DNA of 64,000 nt, taken from NCBI GenBank assembly GCA_000165345.1, contig CM000434.1, positions 160,001 to 224,000 of the forward strand, given 5' to 3'. Below the pieces are notes generated by a model. It was not told where the DNA came from. It searched no databases and was given only the letters and a program-made list of their open reading frames with translations. Positions within the stretch are counted from its first letter, which is position 1; every line of letters starts with the position of its first letter. Shown piece after piece: positions 1-9,200 of this stretch. Both the position numbers and the translations under genes were made by a program.

Positions 1-750
1 GAACATTATTGGCAAGTTGAATTAGAATCACTTTATATTGGAGATACAAAATATTGTTGTGACTATGGATCTCTTGCTTATGAATGGGAAAATCTTGAAA
101 ATGAACATTTATATAAAAAATTTGGACATTACGAAGATCCTCCAATGGATGTTTATATTTACAAAACTTTCAATAAAAGTATTGATAAAACTAATAGAAC
201 TCCTGGATATGTTATTTTTGATTCCGGTACTTCTTTTTATACATTACCCAATTTTGAATATAATCATTTTATTAAAGAATATCAACCTTTTGGTGATTGT
301 TCTCAAATTCATTTAGATTCTAAAAAGATTGATCCAAAAATCATTCAACATTTTCCTAATATTACTTATACTTTTAAAGATGGATTTCAACTTGTTATTC
401 CACCTGAGCTTTATTTAACTCCAAATGAACAAGGAAAATGTAAACCTGGTATAATGATGATTGATGTACCAGGTGAATATGGACATTCATATTTACTTGG
501 TTCATTATTTATGAGATCTTATTATACTGTTTATGCAAAAAATATCCCCAAGATTGGTTCAGCTGTTGGTATTGCCAAAGCTAAACATAATAAAGATACC
601 AGAAAATATATTTATAGTAAACTTTCTTCGATTAATGAAACATTTGTACCTCCTGATGATGATGAAGCTGAATTATATTGGACTCAAATTAATGGAAGAT
701 TGTCAGAAAATTGGAAATTTCCTCCAATTTTAGGTAATTTATTCTTTTAA
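1..750 (+). CDS. Pepsin-like (A1 family) aspartic protease, 3' portion; the 5' end lies upstream of the window
   Basis: Frame 1 is open from position 1 (EHYWQVELESLYIGDTKYCCDYGS...) into the listed ORF. It carries the second catalytic D-S/T-G motif (VIFDSGTSF) and the C-terminal YLLGSLFMRSYYTVY segment typical of A1 proteases. Stop at 748-750. Confidence 0.7.
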   Translation, partial: EHYWQVELESLYIGDTKYCCDYGSLAYEWENLENEHLYKKFGHYEDPPMDVYIYKTFNKSIDKTNRTPGYVIFDSGTSFYTLPNFEYNHFIKEYQPFGDCSQIHLDSKKIDPKIIQHFPNITYTFKDGFQLVIPPELYLTPNEQGKCKPGIMMIDVPGEYGHSYLLGSLFMRSYYTVYAKNIPKIGSAVGIAKAKHNKDTRKYIYSKLSSINETFVPPDDDEAELYWTQINGRLSENWKFPPILGNLFF

Positions 751-856
751 TTATCTTGGAATTTGATTATCCTTTTTTCTTAAAATAATAATAATAATAA
801 TAATATAAATATTTATTATTTACTTTAATTAATATAATTTATTTTGAATTTAATCA

Positions 857-3800
857 TTATTTTTTCTCTGATAATTCCTTATTCTCCTTCTTTTCTTGTT
901 GAATTGTATTAACTATATTAACATTTGAACTATTTATATTATAATCCTCCATTTCTAAACCATATTCTTCACTTTTAAGTATTAATTTATTCATTTTCTC
1001 TTTTTTATTATCTTTATAGACTTTAAATATTAATATTATGCCAAGTAATCCTATAATTGACCATATTACTGTTGTTATTAATATTAAAGTTACAATAATC
1101 CTTCCAAATGGGGAAGAATTAATAAATATATAAATTTTATCTGACATTATTCTATTCATTAATTTACTTATTGAACCTTGCCATACTTTTATTTCTCTTT
1201 CCTTGACTTTTCTCATTTCAATTTTATTAGGATTTACCATATCCCCAAAACTTGTCCCTATATAAGTTTTTCTATACCAATCTGAAGTATTGTTTTTTAA
1301 TTTTGTAATAAATTCATCTGCTTTTTTTAAATTCAAATGTAAATCTTCTATAGTATTTTCTTCATCTTTTAGTATTAGAATTCTATTTGTTGAATTATTT
1401 ATTTTCATTTCAGATTTAAAATGTGTGATTACTCTTATTACTCCTAAAGAATGATCCAAAACCATATCCACAATTTCAATTCCATTTTCATTTATTCCTA
1501 AGACTTGTATAATTGATTGTTTAAATGAATTAATAAAATTATCATAACCCATTGGCATAATTCTTTCATAAAATCCTGATAATTCGACTTTTAAAGCAAT
1601 ATCTCTTTTCTCTCCTTTTGGAATACATATATAACCATTACCATACCATCCAATAGGGCATGAACATATATATGATCCAATAGTATTAGTACATAATGAA
1701 TCTTCTCCACAATTATTTATTAACTCTCCATTATTTTTCTCATCACATTCATTAATATCAATACATCTTAAATCTTGATTTAATGATGAAATTCTATAAC
1801 CTTTTTTACATCCACAATAATGATTATAACTTTTATCATCTTCTAAATCATTTGAAATTAATGATAAAAGAGATTTTTCTTGATAATCATTAATACTTTT
1901 TCTTTTTTCATCAATAATATTTCCATAACTCTCAGAATTATTTTCTATATTAGTGTTTTGAATAATGCATTGTAATCCTTTTGGACAAAATAGACTTTTT
2001 TCTGATTGCTCTTCATCAATTCCTCTAGAAAAATCGATTTGAGTCTCTGGACCTATTACCAATTCTTGAAAAGATTTGTCAAAACAAACATTTTCCTGAA
2101 TACAACTCTTTTTTCCATCACCATAATATCCTGGTTTACAAACACAACTATAACTTCCCTCTTTATTTATACATAAAGCAAGAGGATGACATGGCCTCTT
2201 CAAACCTGAAGGAGTTACTATATGTCTTCTAATTGATGAAAACGGTGAATTTAAAATACTAGTAATCTCTCTTGTTCTTTCAATGGTTGGATATATTGCA
2301 TTATTTGTATTATAACCCATATAAATATCCCCTTGTCTTTGTTCTTTCTCCTCTATTTGAAATTGTCTATTATGTTCTTCACATTCATTAATATCCTCAC
2401 AACTATGTCTGAAAAATATATTTCCAGTTTTACTATCAATTAATCTAATAACTTGATGTTGAAATCCTTCATCACAAATACAATAATTATTTACTTTATT
2501 TATTAATTGATTTGGTTGATTATTACCATTTTCCTGACTATTATTTATATCAGAAAATATATTTCTCATAATATGTGAAGAACTATTCATATTTATAGTC
2601 ATTTTTGATTTTAAACATTTTGAATTTTTCCAACATATTCTTCCATCCATATTATCACATTCAACATGTATTGAATGACTTTCTAAAAAGTTTGGTACCA
2701 TTTTCTTTTTCTGTACTTTATTTTCATCAATCATTGTTTTATTCTTCATTCCTATATCTAATACTTTATCACAATCCTTACTATCATTAATACAAAATAT
2801 ATCACATATACCATCTTCTAACCAATCAGTATTACATTCTTTTCCAGTATAAATTTGATTAAATTCTTCATTTAAATGATAATCCTTTAATTTAGTTCCA
2901 AAATCCATATTTACACCTAATATAGATAACTCATCATATCCATTAGATGTTATTGAATATCTACCAATTAGAACTCTTTTATTTCCAATATTATCCAAGC
3001 TTTTACTAGATTGATATTTTCTTTCTCTTAATTCTATTTTATTATTCCATTCAAAAATCATTTCCTTTTGTACAAGGGTAATCAATTGAATTCTTCTAGA
3101 TTTTATTGAAATTTCATCATATTTTGGTAATATATTAATACCAATTAATGGATAACTTAAGCCATTTAAATAGCCTGAAAATTTTGAATATAAATCACAT
3201 ATTTGCTGATAAATTTCATCAAAGTATTTGTTTCTTCTTGTATCCACTTTTAAATAATATATAATAGGTACCAAATATCCTCCATCTTCTTTTTTCTTCT
3301 CTGTCATACCTTCAGATGTTGAAATTAATAATTTAGATCCATTAATAGTTTTATTAAATACTAGATATGCAATAATGGCTCCATTTTTATCATTTTCAAT
3401 TTCATATTTATTATTATAATATAAAAAATGACCAGTAAAGTGATTTTTTTCCATATCAGTTATTAAAGTTAAGTTAGAATGGATAATTTTCTCTTCTTTA
3501 TTATTATCATTATTCTTTGCTATTTGATATATTTCATATCCAATATGTTCATAAGTTGTTGTAATTATACCATTAGATTTAATTCTGGTAGGAAAAATTA
3601 ATAAAATTGGCACCATATTATTTATACTTTGATTTATTGGATACGTAATTAAAGTCTGAGATGATATTACTTGATTATCCATTCTTGAAGTGAATAAAAT
3701 TTGATTTGTAGAATTTTCTTTACAAGGAATTATATTTAGTAGAGTTGTATTCATTTTTATTATAGAATCTGAATAACTGGAATCAGAATTGAAATTAGAA

Positions 3801-5680
3801 TTAATTTCTTCAAAATGATGATTACCTTTATACTTCAACTCCAAATTACATAATTGACCTGGTTTATTAATCAATATGTCACTAATTATTTGAACCCATT
3901 TATAATTTGTTTGTTTAGTATATTTTTTTGCAAGTGATTTTGCTACTGCTTCATTTCTACATAATACTTGTTGATCAGGATCTGGATAATAGATGGATAC
4001 CCCTGTAAACCTTGATTCTAATATATTCGAATTTTTATTATAAACATTACTTAAAGCATACTTTTTATTCAAATCTCTATTATTAAATAATTCTCCTTGG
4101 CAATTACCATAAAGTTCACTATCAGGATCAGTACATTCTTGAATATTAACACTAGCAATCTGCATATTATAATATGAATCCAAAGTTAATGCCAATAATT
4201 CTTGAATAGAATTATCTAAAAAAAATTCTTGGGATAGATAACTTCTTAATAATTCAAGCATATCTCCCATATCATAACAACTGCATAAGTTCGAGATATC
4301 ACAATTTTCAATTTTCTTTGAATTTAAGATTGTTCTCTTTAATAAATCACTAATATTCTCTCCACCACATTTATATAATATTGTAAATAGATTATAAAGA
4401 TTAAATCTGAAAATTCTGTAAAACTCAGTATTTATAAGCGATAAAGTTAATGGATAACTTTGTGAATGAAGAGTATATCCATAAACAATTCTTGAAGCAT
4501 ACTCTAAAGGAGTTGCAATCCTATACTCTTGAACTTTATTAGGTCCAAAAATTTGAACTTCATCTTCAGCTGATCCTTTTTTAGTTACAGGATTTAAAGA
4601 TCTAAAATTCCAACCATGTCCTGGTTCATTATCTTCACTAGCTAATATATAATTTGCTAATGAATTCATAACTTCTAATACATCAAATTGCATCATTAAA
4701 CATGCATCAAAACCAAGTATATCAAATTTGAACTCAAATGAGAAATTTTCTCCTGTTTTTCCTCCAATTTTACTATTCATAATTCCTTCTTTAATTCCTC
4801 TATACATTTCACCTAGAAACATTCCATTTCCATCAGCATTGTCATGATCATCACCAAAACCAGACCATGCTGAACCATGATTCCAAAGAGTTAGTGCCGA
4901 ATATATTGAGGGAAATGAATCCAAACCTTTTGAAATAAAATTTGAAAGTATTTCAGGTGAATTTGAATCAACTTCTCCTAAATCTTCTAATATAATCCAT
5001 ACAAATTTCTTCCTAAATTGTACCCTTAATTCTTGAGTTAATCTCCATCTATATAGAATATAAGCTCCAGTAAAATTTTGTGAAATTTGTTCCTGTTTTA
5101 TCATAGGATTTGTTAATCCACTTTCTGGGCACGATATTATAGGAGCTGAAACATCTTTGTTTGTAAAATCTTTGCACCTGTCAATGTATACTACTAAGTG
5201 AAGATGATCTGCTGTTTGAGTTTGTAATGGACTTGTCATTTCTCCTAAGTCCACTAAAGACATTGATTCCAAGTTATTATCTGCATGAATAAATATTAAA
5301 TGCGTCCAATATCTTTTTTCATGAATTCTTTCCTTATTTATAGTTGAACAAACTTTACTATATTGAAATTCTAATTGATCATTTTTATTTTTAGGTGGTT
5401 CTTCTTCTTTTTTTATTGAACTCAAAACTACTTCTTCCTTTGAATTGTTATGAGACTTTTTTTCTGACCTAATATTATTTGTTTTATCCACATTATAATT
5501 ATCATTATGATTAACTTCCTCTATATCAGTAATAGTGCTATTCACTTTTGAGCTTTGCAAATTTTGATATTTGTCCACATTAACATAATTTTCTGGTAAA
5601 TACAGGAAACTTGAAATTGGTTGAATATCAAAAATAAACTTAATTGTAACCAAAAATACAAAAGTTATCTCTCTTTTCAT
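857..5680 (-). CDS. Large type I membrane protein: N-terminal signal peptide, clostripain-like C11 cysteine peptidase domain, multiple EGF/calcium-binding EGF repeats, single C-terminal TM helix and short cytoplasmic tail
   Basis: 1607-aa ORF with a verified ATG. The hydrophobic N-terminus is MKREITFVFLVTIKFIF. C11 hallmarks: WTHLIFIHADNNLE, HLHLVVYIDR, catalytic His context LWNHGSAWSGFG and catalytic Cys context ILGFDACLMMQFDV. EGF-like Cys patterns include CINKEGSYSCVCKPGYYGDG, DINECEEHN and DINECDEKNNGELINNCGEDSLCTNTIGSYICSCPIGWYGNGYIC. TM segment IIVTLILITTVIWSIIGLLGIILIF lies near the C-terminus. Confidence 0.65.
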   Translation of the reverse strand: MKREITFVFLVTIKFIFDIQPISSFLYLPENYVNVDKYQNLQSSKVNSTITDIEEVNHNDNYNVDKTNNIRSEKKSHNNSKEEVVLSSIKKEEEPPKNKNDQLEFQYSKVCSTINKERIHEKRYWTHLIFIHADNNLESMSLVDLGEMTSPLQTQTADHLHLVVYIDRCKDFTNKDVSAPIISCPESGLTNPMIKQEQISQNFTGAYILYRWRLTQELRVQFRKKFVWIILEDLGEVDSNSPEILSNFISKGLDSFPSIYSALTLWNHGSAWSGFGDDHDNADGNGMFLGEMYRGIKEGIMNSKIGGKTGENFSFEFKFDILGFDACLMMQFDVLEVMNSLANYILASEDNEPGHGWNFRSLNPVTKKGSAEDEVQIFGPNKVQEYRIATPLEYASRIVYGYTLHSQSYPLTLSLINTEFYRIFRFNLYNLFTILYKCGGENISDLLKRTILNSKKIENCDISNLCSCYDMGDMLELLRSYLSQEFFLDNSIQELLALTLDSYYNMQIASVNIQECTDPDSELYGNCQGELFNNRDLNKKYALSNVYNKNSNILESRFTGVSIYYPDPDQQVLCRNEAVAKSLAKKYTKQTNYKWVQIISDILINKPGQLCNLELKYKGNHHFEEINSNFNSDSSYSDSIIKMNTTLLNIIPCKENSTNQILFTSRMDNQVISSQTLITYPINQSINNMVPILLIFPTRIKSNGIITTTYEHIGYEIYQIAKNNDNNKEEKIIHSNLTLITDMEKNHFTGHFLYYNNKYEIENDKNGAIIAYLVFNKTINGSKLLISTSEGMTEKKKEDGGYLVPIIYYLKVDTRRNKYFDEIYQQICDLYSKFSGYLNGLSYPLIGINILPKYDEISIKSRRIQLITLVQKEMIFEWNNKIELRERKYQSSKSLDNIGNKRVLIGRYSITSNGYDELSILGVNMDFGTKLKDYHLNEEFNQIYTGKECNTDWLEDGICDIFCINDSKDCDKVLDIGMKNKTMIDENKVQKKKMVPNFLESHSIHVECDNMDGRICWKNSKCLKSKMTINMNSSSHIMRNIFSDINNSQENGNNQPNQLINKVNNYCICDEGFQHQVIRLIDSKTGNIFFRHSCEDINECEEHNRQFQIEEKEQRQGDIYMGYNTNNAIYPTIERTREITSILNSPFSSIRRHIVTPSGLKRPCHPLALCINKEGSYSCVCKPGYYGDGKKSCIQENVCFDKSFQELVIGPETQIDFSRGIDEEQSEKSLFCPKGLQCIIQNTNIENNSESYGNIIDEKRKSINDYQEKSLLSLISNDLEDDKSYNHYCGCKKGYRISSLNQDLRCIDINECDEKNNGELINNCGEDSLCTNTIGSYICSCPIGWYGNGYICIPKGEKRDIALKVELSGFYERIMPMGYDNFINSFKQSIIQVLGINENGIEIVDMVLDHSLGVIRVITHFKSEMKINNSTNRILILKDEENTIEDLHLNLKKADEFITKLKNNTSDWYRKTYIGTSFGDMVNPNKIEMRKVKEREIKVWQGSISKLMNRIMSDKIYIFINSSPFGRIIVTLILITTVIWSIIGLLGIILIFKVYKDNKKEKMNKLILKSEEYGLEMEDYNINSSNVNIVNTIQQEKKENKELSEKK

Positions 5681-6258
5681 TATTTCACATTATTAAGTTC
5701 AATATTTGTAGATTTAATTCAAATTTCTTTGAATATAACTTAATAGAAAATATTATTATTTATTAAAATTATACATTATATAGAATATATGTATTTAATA
5801 TTATTTATTGTACTGTTTCTATTATTTAAATTCTTCTTTTTTAAAAAAATAAGATTTACTATCAAAGAATACCAAACTTACTTATTTCAATGCACACGAC
5901 CCCCCAATTTTTTTATTACTTAAAAAATATTATTTGTTTTTCTAATTTGCATGTGGTGTCAATCATATACCGGTCTGCATGCAAAGGCGCTGAAATGCAA
6001 AAGGCGCCAAGGCCACTTACGTGGCAAGAAATAAAAATATTATACAGATTAAAAGGTGGACATGAATAATTAGTATAAAGAAAAATAATAATAATTCGCA
6101 CTTTTAGACTAAAAAAGATTTTTTTTTTTTTTTAATTAATTGAATAAAAAATATTTATGGATAAATCAGGTGATTATGTACAAATCTTAAGAATTGCTCA
6201 CTTACTCTTCGTAACTTAGGAGTTTAAGAGAAGAGAGAAAATATAGAGAAAAATAAAG
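5681..6258. promoter_or_regulatory. Bidirectional intergenic region between divergent genes, carrying a GC-rich motif island
   Basis: At 5967-6024 an otherwise >80% AT spacer contains TATACCGGTCT (ACCGGT), GCATGC, GGCGCT, AAGGCGCCAAGG and ACGTGG. Confidence 0.4.
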
Positions 6259-9200
6259 ATGGATCCTGTGGGAGCAATGAAGTCAATGATGGGAATGGTT
6301 GGATCTAACCTAGTTAGTTCAGCAAAACATGCAACTAAGCAAATGGTGAGTAAGATCCGTCAGAAAGCTGATCCCAGATCATATAGTAGCTCAAAAAAGA
6401 AAAAAAATAAAGCTGATAATGGTCAGAATATAGAAGGTACAAATATAAGTGATGACGATGATTTGAATGATTCAATGCTTCCTAATAGAAGAGATCATGG
6501 CAAAGAAGCAAGGAATAGAGATATAAATGGAGAAAATCTGGAAGTTAACAGTAATTTAACTCATGAATCATCAGATGACGAGTCAATTTTGGATTTTAGA
6601 GATCGAGTTGTAACAGAACAAGAATTCAAGAGATTAGCAGAACTTCTTGGTAGAGATATAAAAATGACAAATAGAGGTAATTCTGAAATGGAGAAACAAA
6701 TATGGTTAACTCCAAGAAGATTTAGGACTACAATACGATCAGTGCAGATTGAAAATCTAACAAAAATTGAACAGAAGAATGTATTTTTAGAATTTTCATT
6801 TGGAGGAACACTTACAGAAGTTAGACTATTGAATAGTAATACCGGCCAAGAAGTTCCAAGATTGTTGGGATATCCAGCATGCAAAGAATTTTTTACACAT
6901 ACTGTTGATATTAAACCGTTTTATATTGAAAATAATGATGAGTTACTTATTGATATTCCTGATGAAAATGGTAAAGACTATGATATGGAGCTCAAAAATA
7001 ATAATTCGATTGAAATTTCATTAGATGAAACTTTTGAATGGAGAGGTAGTTATTTACATTTAGAAAGGGAATTATTTAGAATTATTGCTTGGAGAGCTAA
7101 TTCAGCAACTGTTAATGAGTTATTAGGATATAATGAAGATATATTAAAAAATTATGCAACGGGAAGTGTTAATCAAATGATTACTTTATCAAAAAGAACA
7201 CATAATAATATATCAAATCCTATTTTTAGAATTACATTACAAATTATATTTCAAGAAATTTATGATTTTCAACTAAGCCTATCTCAATTCACTTTAAGAA
7301 ATATTAGTAATGACAATGAGAATTCCTCTCCTTCAGAACGAAAACATTCTCAAAATATTTATAATGATCATGAAATTGAATATAATCATGACAAAAAAAG
7401 TAACAAAAAGCAAACTAGTCGTGATAATACAAATATAATTAACGATCAAAATACTGTAAAAATTGATTTGAGAGATGATCAAGAATTAAATTTTAATGAA
7501 AAAGGAAGGCTTATTTCTAATAATCATTCAACATCTTGTAGATTGAATATCAAGTTCCCATCTTTTGGAATAGATAATCCTTTACCAACTAAATGTACTT
7601 CAACTTGGTCAGAATGTTATGAGAAACAAAATAAAATTATTAGATGGGATAATATTGGTATGATTCCTTTTAGAGGTACAATACATGAATTGGAAAGAAA
7701 TAATTTACATGCAAATTTAGAAATTAATTCAACTGGCAAAACTCATAATATTTTTAAATCTACAAAACAAGTCCATTGTACTTTTAATCTTAAAAATATT
7801 GTCTATTATCCCTATATTCAGACTGAAATTAAGCTTCCTGATGGAGAATCTTGTATACTTGAAGGAAAAATAGAATTTGGAAATATACCCAAATATCATC
7901 AATTGGGTAATATTTTAGAAATTGATGATGAAAATAAATTATATCTTATAATCAAAATTATTCGAATTGATAATTTAATCTTGAACATTTATGAAGTCAA
8001 CAATATTCTTCAAGATACTGAAAATGATGATTCTATGGATGTTTATGTTCAGTTAAGCTTTGATGGTAATCGAAAAGAAACGCCTGTAGTTTCTGGTACA
8101 TTACATCCACTCTTTCAAACTGAACTTACATTTATATTGGATTATATTGATCATGAAAAAAAGCCTAACGAACTTGACGCTCATTCTTTAGCCAAACTTT
8201 TAGAAAGAAAAGGTCCGATTGTTATTGATGTGTGGAGAAAAAATAAATCATCAATGGCACAACATTTAGGATGGACTGAAATTCATTGGAAAGATATTCT
8301 AATAAAAACTAATCATTCAAATTATTCTGGAAATGAATTTTCTGATTTAAAATTAAATCAACAATTCTCACCTTTAAAATTTGACCCTACTAATAATTTA
8401 ATGGACAATGCTAGTAATGCATGCTTAGGCGCCAACATGCTTAGGCGCCAAGAATACCGAAAATTTTATGATCGCAATATAGGTAAAGAAGTTGTATATG
8501 AAACAAGAGTATATCAGGATGCGAGTATATTATATAATTTAGGTCAAAGGCCCAGTTCTTTAGGGTCTTATACAAATGAAACAATCTCGCCGAAAGTATA
8601 TTTGGAAATATGGACAAAGCCTGATATAAGTTGCATGTATAATATTGGTTCAACGTCAGCATTACTAGTAAGAGGTAATAATGAAGTTGTGGGAGAAGTT
8701 TCTAAATATTTTGTTGATCGATTAAATAGAATTGTTGAGTGGTCAGGCATTGGTCCATCATTAAAGAATTCAAGAATAAGATCAAATATTTTTTATTGGG
8801 AATATGTTACTAAATCATTTGAGACTTGGGGAAGACAATATTCATATTATAGTTTGGATTCAAGAGGTGTAAGGCACTTACTTCCATCATTCTTACAACC
8901 TTTAAAACCTCTTACTGGTGTTGATAATTCCTCAAAAGTACATCATTTTATTCATTCTTTTCCATATTTACCAACTACAAATAATGAAATATGGAGAACT
9001 CCTGATTTATTCTTATTATCAAGACAAGGTACTCCATTTGATCATACATTATTGCAGGTATGTTTATTATTGGGTTTAAATAGAATAGCTTTTTTGGCAT
9101 GCGGTACTTTATTGAATAGAGATCCATATTCATGGGCAGTAACTATACATTATGAGTATATTATGAGTGAAAATGATGATTTATTTAATTTAAGTAAGGA

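Noticed and set aside
2605-2790. Small antisense or overlapping ORFs inside large genes: 2605-2790, 6561-6884, 8441-8750, 10406-10675, 10929-11203, 11481-11666, 11759-12040, 13487-13750, 15193-15515, 15955-16188, 19732-20106, 21090-21275, 25568-26037, 26590-26838, 32234-32470, 32626-33327, 33756-33998, 35023-35358, 37696-38010, 39111-39431, 40115-40321, 42551-42805, 43445-43630, 45481-46051, 47549-47848, 54538-54738, 59265-59480 and 62379-62678
   Set aside because: All are embedded in or antisense to much longer, well-supported ORFs in AT-rich sequence, where short spurious ORFs are expected. None shows a recognisable domain.
5916-6101. 61-aa ORF in the 5681-6258 spacer
   Set aside because: It overlaps the GC-motif island of a bidirectional promoter, has no start-context or codon-usage support, and is most likely non-coding.
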